A stretch of DNA of 64,000 nucleotides. Origin: Candidatus Poribacteria bacterium. Its GTDB lineage: Bacteria > Poribacteria > WGA-4E > WGA-3G. Under the pieces are notes generated by a model, which saw nothing but the letters and a program-made list of their open reading frames with translations, had not been told where the DNA came from and ran no database searches. A program made the translations under genes and the position numbers. This document shows, piece after piece, positions 27,724 through 36,464 of the stretch (within the stretch, counting starts at the first letter, position 1; every line of letters starts with the position of its first letter). The DNA lies in NCBI GenBank assembly GCA_965116815.1, contig OZ220722.1, positions 671,050 through 735,049 of the forward strand, given 5' to 3'.

Positions 27724-29775
27724 ATGAAAAACATCGATGTTGAACTCATTCACCGTGTGCTTGATGGCGATGATACCGCTTTCACTGAACTTGTGAAAAA
27801 ATACCAAAAGCCCGTTCACACGCTGGTGTGGCGTAAAATTGGAGATTTCCACATCGCCGAGGAAATTACGCAGGATACATTCTTAAAGGCGTATCAGGAA
27901 TTGGCAAAGCTGAAAAAACCACAGAGTTTTGCGAGTTGGCTTTATGTGATCGCTGCGAACCACTGCAGTACATGGCTGCGTAAAAAGCGTTTACAGACGC
28001 AGTCGCTTGAGGAAACGAGCAGTGCTCGATTAGAAAAGGCGACATATTCGGGGTATGTTGTTGAAGAAAATGAGCGGACAGCAGTGGAAGCACAACGCGA
28101 AGTCGTGAAAAAATTGCTTGCGAAACTCCAAGAGAGTGAACGCACAGTGCTCACACTGCATTACTTCGGTGAGATGTCCAGTACAGAGATTGGCGCGTTT
28201 TTAGGTGTGTCAGCAAATACGATTCGGAGTCGTCTCCGTCGTGCGCAGCAGCGTTTAAGGAAAGATGAACCGATGATTCGAGAAGCCTTGGCCAATTTTC
28301 AAATCACGCCGCATCTCACAGAAAATATCATGCGTGAGATTGCGCGTATGAAACCCGCTGCGCCGTCTGGCAGTAAACCGCTGGTGCCGTGGGCAATTAC
28401 GACGATTTCTACAGTAGCGGTGGTGCTTTTGATGTTAGGCGTTGGAAGCCATCAATACTTATCACGTGTCCAAAAGCCGTATAGTTTCGACGCAATGTCA
28501 GAGATGAGGGTTGAACTAATTGAGGCACCTGTTGTGCTAAATCTTGAGTCCAAACCGGGTGTTCAGACTCAACTTGGCGACAACGATGCAACCGGTAGAG
28601 ACAATAAGACGCATCAGAACTCTGATGCGACGCTATTTTCCTCCACCTCCGGTCACATCCTTAATGAAGCAGGCGAACCGGTTTCTGGGATCAAGATAGC
28701 GATTACACCTGTCGTAGATGGTAAAGGGGCTTGGTTTCCGATTCATGTGCAAGAGCGTGCTCTTGAAGATACGCGTGAACGCCACGTGGAGAGCGATGCA
28801 GAGGGGCGTTTTACTATCACCGGTGACATCTCCGGTCCTGTGTTGTTGTCGCTATTTCCGCTTCGCAGCTCGTCAGTCCGTATTTTAAGGGTTCAAATCG
28901 GCGGATTATTTTTCTATCCAAGCGGAATGATGGAGCGTGGAATTGTATTTGCCCCACCCCCGGGTGAATCCATTGCGAATATTGAAGTTACGGTACAGAG
29001 TCCGCACATCCGAGGGAGAGTACAACGCATAGATGGGAGACCAATCGCCAATGCAAAAATCAAACGCCGGTTGCGGACAGTAAGTCAGCACGGTGAGTCT
29101 TCTGGTTCTGGCAGTGTTCATACGGACGCTGAAGGATACTTTTCACACTATGTGGACAAGGATATAGAGCAACCAACATTTTACATGTTTTCTCTGACCT
29201 ATCAGGGGCAGACCGTCAATGCAGACCCGATTGTGCTTAAACCCGGGGATCCAACACACGACATCGTTTTTACCTTTGATAGTTTACCGGAAAAGCCTTT
29301 ACAAGCGCGGCGTGGAGTTTTCGCGAGCGCGTCCGCTTCAGTGGGTTATCGTGCACAAAATGTATGGGTGATAAAACCGGACTTTCCCCTACAAACTGGC
29401 GGGCATGCTTACAAGAAAATTAAGTGTGAGAATCGGGAAGATGCGAGAGCCCAAGCCGCCGCCGAAGGGGCGTATCTCGTCACAATTAACGACGAGGCAG
29501 AGCAGAAGTGGTTGCAAGCTGTCTTTGGAAATCAACCGATTTGGATTGGACTTAACGATGTTGCAACAGAAGGAGAATGGCAATGGGACAACGGCGAACC
29601 GCTTACCTATACCAACTGGGAATTTCAGGAACCCCATGACCCGAACAATGAGGCTGAGGATTATGTCATCCTTAATCCTTTAGGGAAATGGGAGGACAGT
29701 AACGCCAGAAATCCAAAATGGGGCTGGATTCGGACAGCACTCATTGAGAAGGAAACGTTACCCGTGAAGAAGTAG
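27724..29775 (+). CDS. Array member A5: ECF sigma-70 factor (regions 2 and 4) fused through one TM helix to an extracytoplasmic module of 2x CarbopepD_reg-like domains plus a CTLD (683 aa).
   Basis: RBS GGAGG. Sigma region 2 is DDTAFTELVKKYQKPVHTLVWRKIGDFHIAEEITQDTFLKAYQEL...WLYVIAANHCSTWLRKKR. Region 4 is SSTEIGAFLGVSANTIRSRLRRAQQRLRK. The TM helix is LVPWAITTISTVAVVLLMLGVG. After it come SGHILNEAGEPVSGIKI, and the CTLD HAYKKIKCENREDARAQAAAEGAYLVTINDEAEQKWL...WIGLNDVATEGEWQWDNGEPLTYTNW. Confidence 0.8.
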   Translation: MKNIDVELIHRVLDGDDTAFTELVKKYQKPVHTLVWRKIGDFHIAEEITQDTFLKAYQELAKLKKPQSFASWLYVIAANHCSTWLRKKRLQTQSLEETSSARLEKATYSGYVVEENERTAVEAQREVVKKLLAKLQESERTVLTLHYFGEMSSTEIGAFLGVSANTIRSRLRRAQQRLRKDEPMIREALANFQITPHLTENIMREIARMKPAAPSGSKPLVPWAITTISTVAVVLLMLGVGSHQYLSRVQKPYSFDAMSEMRVELIEAPVVLNLESKPGVQTQLGDNDATGRDNKTHQNSDATLFSSTSGHILNEAGEPVSGIKIAITPVVDGKGAWFPIHVQERALEDTRERHVESDAEGRFTITGDISGPVLLSLFPLRSSSVRILRVQIGGLFFYPSGMMERGIVFAPPPGESIANIEVTVQSPHIRGRVQRIDGRPIANAKIKRRLRTVSQHGESSGSGSVHTDAEGYFSHYVDKDIEQPTFYMFSLTYQGQTVNADPIVLKPGDPTHDIVFTFDSLPEKPLQARRGVFASASASVGYRAQNVWVIKPDFPLQTGGHAYKKIKCENREDARAQAAAEGAYLVTINDEAEQKWLQAVFGNQPIWIGLNDVATEGEWQWDNGEPLTYTNWEFQEPHDPNNEAEDYVILNPLGKWEDSNARNPKWGWIRTALIEKETLPVKK

Positions 29776-29806
29776 GTCTTATGCTTTATTCCAAAGGAGA
29801 GAAATT

Positions 29807-31138
29807 GTGAAATGTTTGAAATCCTGTAACAAAGTTTTTGCATTGTTCATAATAATTGGTTCGCTTTTCATTGAGTTTGCCTCACACAGCATTGCTGACG
29901 AGAAAACAGGAACTTTCTCAGGACGTGTTGTTGATGTGGAAGGAAATCCTGTTGCGAAATTGCCAGTTATGATTGTACCTGCTATGGTTATGGGGTACGG
30001 AATTCACACATTGTTTCCAAGGCAGTATTCTACTGTGCGACGCACACTGACAGATGCGGACGGGCGATTTTTCATTACGGATATTGCGCCGGGAATTTCC
30101 TATTTTGGTGTACTTCCTTACGATGTAGAGGAGATGGAGGATGATGATTTTGACCCCGATATTGAGGTTTTATCTCTCCGCATCCAAGGGATAACGTTCT
30201 ATCCGCGTACCGATTACGAACAGATTGGGTTTAGTGTCAAACCGGGAACCCATATTGAGAATGTAGAGGTCACAGTTCAACCTCGGATGCGAATTCGGGG
30301 ACGCATCGTTTTCAAAGATGGAACACCGCTTGCGAGTGCACGGTTCAACCTCCGCTTCCATTCTAAGACTGTGGATGGGACAGGCAACCGGCAGTCCGGA
30401 GGCAGACCGCGAACAGATACTGATGGCTATTTTGTCTATTATCTGGATGAGAAAGATGATCCTGCATTCTACACATTTTCTGTGGAATATCGAAATCTTA
30501 CCGCAAAGGCTGGACCGATCCGCATTAATCCAGGGGAGCGTCTTGACGGATTGACGTTGAAATTCGATAGTGAACCGATTTCCCCACAACCATCGTCTCA
30601 TACTGTTCCACAACCATTATCTCAGACAAAGACACTTGATCGTCCATCTGCTGCTACGCCACCGCCGAGAAAATCAATGCCGGTCTCTGAAGAGGTGTGG
30701 ATAGCCAATCCCGCGAATTTGCATGCCTACAAAAGAATTCATTGTGAGACCCGCGAAGATGCTGTTGCCCAAGCAAGGGAAGAAAATGCGCATCTTGTCA
30801 CTATTAACGACGCTGCTGAGGAAGCGTGGTTGGTAGAGGTTTTTGAGCGTAACCTCTACTGGATCGGACTCAGCCGCGTCCCACCGATAGGCACGGATTC
30901 TAACACAACGCAATGGCGATGGGAGAATGGTGAACCTATCACCTATGCGAACTGGTTACCCGATTATATCTTTGGTGAGTCTTTGGATGTCAGTAAGAGG
31001 GTCTATGCTGTTATGATGACGTTCACCGATGGAAAATGGTATGCCGTTGGTCCTGACAGTCTCGTTTGGCGTATGACGGAGATGGCGATCCTCGAAAAAG
31101 CATACCTGCTTGATAATCCGTCCGCTGCAGAGAAATGA
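29807..31138 (+). CDS. Array member A6: same architecture (GTG start).
   Basis: RBS AAAGGAGAG before GTG. FSGRVVDVEGNPVAKLPV, RMRIRGRIVFKDGTPLASARF. CTLD HAYKRIHCETREDAVAQAREENAHLVTINDAAEEAWL...WIGLSRV...QWRWENGEPITYANW. Closest to A4. Confidence 0.75.
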   Translation: MKCLKSCNKVFALFIIIGSLFIEFASHSIADEKTGTFSGRVVDVEGNPVAKLPVMIVPAMVMGYGIHTLFPRQYSTVRRTLTDADGRFFITDIAPGISYFGVLPYDVEEMEDDDFDPDIEVLSLRIQGITFYPRTDYEQIGFSVKPGTHIENVEVTVQPRMRIRGRIVFKDGTPLASARFNLRFHSKTVDGTGNRQSGGRPRTDTDGYFVYYLDEKDDPAFYTFSVEYRNLTAKAGPIRINPGERLDGLTLKFDSEPISPQPSSHTVPQPLSQTKTLDRPSAATPPPRKSMPVSEEVWIANPANLHAYKRIHCETREDAVAQAREENAHLVTINDAAEEAWLVEVFERNLYWIGLSRVPPIGTDSNTTQWRWENGEPITYANWLPDYIFGESLDVSKRVYAVMMTFTDGKWYAVGPDSLVWRMTEMAILEKAYLLDNPSAAEK

Positions 31139-31234
31139 TAGTTGTAAAAGATGTTCCTGTTCATATATGAATATATCTTGTAGGGGCAGCCCTTGTGGCT
31201 GCCCGCTGTTCCTGTTCTAAAAGGAGAATTTATA

Positions 31235-32467
31235 ATGAATCTGCAAAGTTTCAAACAAAATTTTGGATTACTTTTGTTGGTGATGCTACTCTCCCTTCTG
31301 GTATCGTCGTCTGTTGTTGCCCAACAAGGTGCGACGATTTCTGGGCGCGTCGTTGATGAGCTGGGGAATCCGGTTGTCGGTACTTCGGTAGCACTCCATC
31401 GGTATAAAGCCATAGATGGTGATCAGAGAGGACGATTTGTGCCTTTCTGGCAAAAGCCGGTCGATTTAGATGGTCATTTTTCCTTCGTAAATATTGCGCC
31501 AACGGAGTCCGTTAGTTTTATCGTAGAAGATGAACGGACTAAAGGAAAAATCCTTTCTATCCAAATGGGTGAGCTCACCCTTTATCCGGGGGACCATCCA
31601 CATTTTGGTAAAGTAAGATTTTCCTTGGAAGCAGGGATGGAAATCGAAGACGTTGTCATCACGGTGAACACAAATATTCCGCCACAAGTCCGCGCGCGAG
31701 TCGTCTCTGCTGACGGTACACCGCTTGTCAACACAACTATATATGTTGCAGTGCAACGTAAAAGTCTGGATGGAACGGGCTCTGGCGGTTCTGGTGGCAC
31801 AAGACAGACCGATGCAGAAGGATATTTCGTAGAAGACCTGCAGGTGGACGATAATCCCAGATTCTATGTGCTTGGTGTTAAATATCAGGGGCTTTTTGCG
31901 AAAGCACCTCCTTTCATTTTACATGAAGGGCAACCGCAAGTTCATCTCCTTTTGACACTCAAAGGTAATCCAGATCCGCTTGCACGACCACCAGTACGTC
32001 CGCTGGTAGGTCCACCGTCCGCTGCATTAACGACGTTTCTTGATCCACCAACGGTGTGGATTGTGAACCCCGCGAATGGACACGCTTACAAAAAGATTCA
32101 TTGTGACGGTGTAACGGATGCGACGACCCAAGCCGCTGCAGAAAATGCGTATCTCGTTGCCATCAATGATGAAGCAGAAAATGAATGGTTGGAGGAAATC
32201 TTTGGGCGAGAACGTTTTTGGATTGGACTCAACGATGCCGCCGAAGAAGGACAGTTGGCTTGGGATAGCGGTGAACCTGTTACCTATACGAACTGGGGTG
32301 AACATGAACGAGCAGGTAACAACACTGAGGTGAATGACTACGTTATCTGGGGATTTGGCGGTAGATGGGAGATGGTCGCACTTGGAAGTGGGCATGCACA
32401 TTTTGTCAAAACAGCAATTCTCGAAACGACAGATGTCCCTGTTGAAACATCACCTGAGAATAATTAG
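31235..32467 (+). CDS. Array member A7: same architecture.
   Basis: RBS AAAAGGAGA. ISGRVVDELGNPVVGTSV. CTLD HAYKKIHCDGVTDATTQAAAENAYLVAINDEAENEWL...WIGLNDAAEEGQLAWDSGEPVTYTNW. Confidence 0.8.
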   Translation: MNLQSFKQNFGLLLLVMLLSLLVSSSVVAQQGATISGRVVDELGNPVVGTSVALHRYKAIDGDQRGRFVPFWQKPVDLDGHFSFVNIAPTESVSFIVEDERTKGKILSIQMGELTLYPGDHPHFGKVRFSLEAGMEIEDVVITVNTNIPPQVRARVVSADGTPLVNTTIYVAVQRKSLDGTGSGGSGGTRQTDAEGYFVEDLQVDDNPRFYVLGVKYQGLFAKAPPFILHEGQPQVHLLLTLKGNPDPLARPPVRPLVGPPSAALTTFLDPPTVWIVNPANGHAYKKIHCDGVTDATTQAAAENAYLVAINDEAENEWLEEIFGRERFWIGLNDAAEEGQLAWDSGEPVTYTNWGEHERAGNNTEVNDYVIWGFGGRWEMVALGSGHAHFVKTAILETTDVPVETSPENN

Positions 32468-32540
32468 CGACAACCCAACATTGGGTTTGCTTCCAGTTCG
32501 CCCCAATCTACATTTGTCTATTCTATAAGGAGAACTTACA

Positions 32541-33878
32541 ATGAATCGCTTAAGTTTCACACGTATTGCATACCTTTTCGGAGTTGTAATTGTACTCTCT
32601 CTCATTGCATCCGTTCCTTGTATCGCACAGGACGAGACAACACTCTCTGGTACCGTCCTTGATACAGAGGGGAAACCGATTGCTGGATTTGCCATTGGTC
32701 TTTTACAAGGTTCTCTCATATCGAAGACTGATGAAGAAGGGGCTTTCACCTTTACCAATATCCCTGCCGGACCGGTTCAAATTGCGATTCCAGCGCAGCC
32801 GTCCAAAGAAAATGAGAAGCCTGTATTCAACTTTGAGGCAGATGATGAGATCGTTTCAATCAAAATCAAGGGTGTAACGCTTTATCAGGACATGCGTCCG
32901 CCTTTCGGCGGTATCACATTCGGGGTCAAATCGGGCAGTCATATTGAAGACATAACGGTTACCGTACGTCCACGGATGCGAATTCGGGCGAGAGTCGTTT
33001 TCAAAGATGGGAAACCGCTAACGAATACTTCTGTTGCCACGCGAGTCGAAGGCGGTGGTGGTACGTCGACTGGAGGGGCTACTACGGACTCTGAAGGATA
33101 TTTTGTGCATTATATGGATAACGACGATGTTCCGGCACACTACACGGTCACCGTAAAATATAAAGGGCTCTCGGCGAAATCAGAGCAATTTTTGCTTGAA
33201 AAGGGTGCGCGCTATGATGATTTAGTCTTGACGCTTGATGGCGATGTACCGCCTGCTGCGCCACAAACGGAATCTCTGCCGAAAGTTTTGGATAAATTGA
33301 CTGGTGGATCGACACCATCTGAGAAACCGACACTCACCGAAACAAACCGCTCTGTACCGACTAACAAGGGACAAGTTAATATTCGAGAGGTGGAAGTAAA
33401 GCCTCGTGGAACAGATACTAAACCTGCTAACTCCGTTAGGCAGATGCGACCGCCGTGGGAGAAAGATGCGTGGGCTGTGAACCCGGCGAATGGACACGCC
33501 TATAAAAAGATTCGGTGCGACAGTCTGGATGAGGCACGAGATCAAGCCGCTGCGCAAGGTGCACACCTCGTCGCGATTAACGACGCAGCGGAGCAGGAAT
33601 GGATTTCGGGACTCTTTGGCAATCATCTCTATTGGATTGGACTCAGTGATGCTGAAAACGAAGGGGAATGGGCATGGCAGAACGGTGAGCCTCTCACCTA
33701 TACGAATTGGGGACCCAAGCACAGTTTCCCGCGGAGTCCACTTTCACCGGAAAAGAAGGACAGTGTTGTTATGACGTTTGCGAATGGACAGTGGCATGCC
33801 GTTGGTCCCGGTGACCTTTTTTGGCATAAGACGAAGATGGCAATCCTTGAAAAAGCAAACGTGCTTGATGGGAAATGA
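32541..33878 (+). CDS. Array member A8: same architecture.
   Basis: RBS AAGGAG. LSGTVLDTEGKPIAGFAI, RMRIRARVVFKDGKPLTNTSV. CTLD HAYKKIRCDSLDEARDQAAAQGAHLVAINDAAEQEWI...WIGLSDAENEGEWAWQNGEPLTYTNW. Confidence 0.8.
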   Translation: MNRLSFTRIAYLFGVVIVLSLIASVPCIAQDETTLSGTVLDTEGKPIAGFAIGLLQGSLISKTDEEGAFTFTNIPAGPVQIAIPAQPSKENEKPVFNFEADDEIVSIKIKGVTLYQDMRPPFGGITFGVKSGSHIEDITVTVRPRMRIRARVVFKDGKPLTNTSVATRVEGGGGTSTGGATTDSEGYFVHYMDNDDVPAHYTVTVKYKGLSAKSEQFLLEKGARYDDLVLTLDGDVPPAAPQTESLPKVLDKLTGGSTPSEKPTLTETNRSVPTNKGQVNIREVEVKPRGTDTKPANSVRQMRPPWEKDAWAVNPANGHAYKKIRCDSLDEARDQAAAQGAHLVAINDAAEQEWISGLFGNHLYWIGLSDAENEGEWAWQNGEPLTYTNWGPKHSFPRSPLSPEKKDSVVMTFANGQWHAVGPGDLFWHKTKMAILEKANVLDGK

Positions 33879-33934
33879 TATTTCTCGGACTCCGGTTTAT
33901 TTGGCATCTCAATATTGAAAAAAGGAGAATCTAC

Positions 33935-35326
33935 ATGAATCTTCAGCGTCTCGGTCTAAAACTTTGTATCCTCGTCGGGATTGTAGCGTTTTTCTTTACT
34001 ATTGCTGCTGACGTGCAGGCAGATCGCCCACAAATTCACGCGCGGGTCGTCCATGCTGACGGGACACCGCTTGTGAACGCGGATATATATGTTGCGGTGC
34101 TACGCAAAAGCTTGGATGCAGGCGGCTCCGGAGGTACAGGAAGTACAATGCAGACCGATGCCGCGGGATACTTTGTGGAAACTCTTAACGTAGGTAATAG
34201 CCCAAAATTCTATGTGGTTGGTGTTGCGTATCAGCGGCATCTCGCGAAAGCACCCCCTTTTATTTTGCAGGAGGGACAACCGGAAGTTCATCTACTCTTG
34301 ACACTTGATGAGAATCACGTTCCGCCAGATAGATGGGGATTTGATCAAGTACATACTACATTAAAAGCATTTCTTGAACCCCCAACGGCGTGGGTAGTGA
34401 ATCCTATAAATGGGCACGCTTACAAAAGGATTTATTGTCACGATGTAATGGATGCGATGACCCAGGCTATTACAGAAGGTGCTTATCTTGTTTCCATTAA
34501 CGATGAAGCAGAGGAGATATGGATACAAGGAGTCTTTGAACCAGATAGTTTTTGGATCGGACTCAGCGATGTCACTAAGGAGGGGCAGTGGGTCTGGCAC
34601 AGTGGTGAACCGGTTACGTATACCAACTGGGGAGAGAATAAACAAAACGGTGGTAACACCGAGGCGAACGATTACGTTATCTCTGATTTTGGTGCCGAAT
34701 GGTTGTCGGTTGCGCCGGGAGATGCCCCTTTTGTCGAAGAGGCAATCCTCGAAAAAGCGGAGTTACCCGTTAAGACGCAATCTGATAAACAAACCGATGT
34801 CCAGCCAACTGGTGTCTCAATACCACCGAATAAAACTATCGCCACTCAAGCCAGTCGTTCTGTCCCACCTCAGAAAATAAAGTCCCTTTTAGAGATAGGT
34901 GTATGGGCTGTGAACCCCGCAAATGGACACGCGTACATAAAGATTTGGTGCGAAAGTCTGGACGATGCGAGAGATAGTGCCGCTGCCCAAGGGGCACACC
35001 TCGTCGCTATTAACGATGTAGCGGAACAGCAGTGGCTTTTAGGGCTCTTTGGGAATCACCTCTATTGGATTGGACTCAGTGATGCAAAAAAAGAGGGTGA
35101 ATGGGTATGGCAGAACGGTGAACCACTTACTTATGAAAATTGGGGATCCAAGTATAAATTTCCGCGTAGTGCTCTCTCACCGGAAGAGAAAGACAGTGCT
35201 GTTATGACGTTTGCGAATGGACAGTGGCATGCCGTCGGTCCCGGTGATCTGCTCTGGAATACGACTCGACAGGCAATCCTTGAAAAAACAGACGTGTTTG
35301 ACAGTCCTCCTGTCAAAGAAAAATAA
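33935..35326 (+). CDS. Array member A9: chimeric paralog. It has a signal peptide, only the second beta-sandwich domain, and then two CTLDs in tandem.
   Basis: RBS AAAAGGAGA. N-terminal half RPQIHARVVHADGTPLVNADIYVAV...FILQEGQPEVHLLLTL is ~80% identical to the A7 interior. CTLD-1 is HAYKRIYCHDVMDAMTQAITEGAYLVSINDEAEEIWI...WIGLSDVTKEGQWVWHSGEPVTYTNW. CTLD-2 is HAYIKIWCESLDDARDSAAAQGAHLVAINDVAEQQWL...WIGLSDAKKEGEWVWQNGEPLTYENW, about 85% nt identity to the A8 CTLD. Confidence 0.75.
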   Translation: MNLQRLGLKLCILVGIVAFFFTIAADVQADRPQIHARVVHADGTPLVNADIYVAVLRKSLDAGGSGGTGSTMQTDAAGYFVETLNVGNSPKFYVVGVAYQRHLAKAPPFILQEGQPEVHLLLTLDENHVPPDRWGFDQVHTTLKAFLEPPTAWVVNPINGHAYKRIYCHDVMDAMTQAITEGAYLVSINDEAEEIWIQGVFEPDSFWIGLSDVTKEGQWVWHSGEPVTYTNWGENKQNGGNTEANDYVISDFGAEWLSVAPGDAPFVEEAILEKAELPVKTQSDKQTDVQPTGVSIPPNKTIATQASRSVPPQKIKSLLEIGVWAVNPANGHAYIKIWCESLDDARDSAAAQGAHLVAINDVAEQQWLLGLFGNHLYWIGLSDAKKEGEWVWQNGEPLTYENWGSKYKFPRSALSPEEKDSAVMTFANGQWHAVGPGDLLWNTTRQAILEKTDVFDSPPVKEK

Positions 35327-35430
35327 TGGTTTTGAATCTACAATTGTTTCGTTCCGTGTTCACTTCTTCCCAGACAATTTTTTCCAATTAATTTGTCAGT
35401 CATTCCCACAAAGTCTACAGAGACATTCAG

Positions 35431-35479
35431 TTTTCCTGTAGGAGCGACCTTCCAGTCGCTATACCTCGGCTGTTTCTCC
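35431..35479. repeat. Copy 2 of the ~49-bp repeated element (see 21940-21988), 125 bp upstream of array member A10.
   Basis: Seen directly; shares the core ctgtaggagcgacct. Confidence 0.5.
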
Positions 35480-35605
35480 AGTCCAAGATGGACGCGTGTA
35501 CAAAGCGGACCGAGTAACACTTGTGGGAGAGGTTTCTTGTGGAAATCCGCAGAAACACCCAAGCAAAAACATCCGAATCTCTTCCCCCTAAGAAGGAAAT
35601 GGCTT

Positions 35606-36352
35606 ATGAGCAGCCGAAAGCTTTTGGATAAAATAGTGGTCATCCCCCTTGTTATTTTGGTTTCTGCCTTGCTGGGTTGTGGTGAAACTATAGAAACTAT
35701 AGAAATAGACAGAGCGAGTTTTTCAGGACGCGTTGTTGATGAAACTGGAAATCCGATTGCTGGACTTGCGTTAGTCATTGTACCCTGTGAAGTTGATGAT
35801 GCCAGTATAGCGGTTTACGACGCGCAGACCAATGATACAGGTCATTTCTCTATCACGGGTATCTATCCCGGAAAAGCTGATTTCATGTTAGTGCCTGAGT
35901 ATCAGAATGGTCTACCTCTTGAGCCGGAATATCAACTTCTTTCCTTTAAAATCGGGGTTTCTGATTACCATCCGAAAGACCTATCCCTTGATCCTTGCAC
36001 TCAGGACACCTTTTTTATCGGGTCGGGTGCGCGAATCGAAAACGTAGAGGTCACGGTGCGACTCCGGATGCGGATTCGAGCGAAAGTCGTTTTGGAGGAT
36101 GGTACACCCTTGGCAGACAAAAAGGTTAGCCTCAACATAAGGGCGTTCGATTCGCAAAGAAGTCGTGTTGTTGGAGGTATCCAGGGATCTGTGCAGACCG
36201 ATGCTCAAGGATACTTTGTGCAGTATGTAGATAGGAGCGAGGCAATTGGCTATAGGGTGTCAGTTGAATATAAATGGCTTTGCGCAACATCGGAGATATT
36301 TATACTCGGAGTTAGGGAACGTCGCGAAGATCTGATTTTGAAGTTAAGTTGA
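35606..36352 (+). CDS. Array member A10: short lipoprotein form with the two CarbopepD_reg-like beta-sandwich domains only and no CTLD.
   Basis: Lipobox LLGCGE (signal VVIPLVILVSALLGC). FSGRVVDETGNPIAGLAL, RMRIRAKVVLEDGTPLADKKV. It ends at the conserved EDLILKLS boundary where the other members continue into the linker and CTLD. The ORF-track start (35393) is too far upstream; the ATG at 35606 has a weak RBS. Confidence 0.65.
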   Translation: MSSRKLLDKIVVIPLVILVSALLGCGETIETIEIDRASFSGRVVDETGNPIAGLALVIVPCEVDDASIAVYDAQTNDTGHFSITGIYPGKADFMLVPEYQNGLPLEPEYQLLSFKIGVSDYHPKDLSLDPCTQDTFFIGSGARIENVEVTVRLRMRIRAKVVLEDGTPLADKKVSLNIRAFDSQRSRVVGGIQGSVQTDAQGYFVQYVDRSEAIGYRVSVEYKWLCATSEIFILGVRERREDLILKLS

Positions 36353-36464
36353 AGTTGCCAAGTGCTCCCAAGTGAAATATGACACTTTCAAGACTATAAA
36401 CCGGAAGTTTCAGAAGTGAGACCGGTGTGTCTTGGGTTATCCATATAAAGGAGAAGAGTTAACT

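Noticed and set aside
22228-35326. Diversity-generating retroelement (DGR) targeting the C-type lectin folds
   Set aside because: DGR variable regions do sit in CLec-fold C-termini. But the window contains no reverse transcriptase gene and no near-identical template repeat of any CTLD 3' region. The paralogs differ throughout, not only at adenine-templated positions. The CTLDs are canonical WIGL/YTNW lectin domains rather than the FGE-type CLec fold typical of DGR targets. A TR/RT could still exist outside this window.
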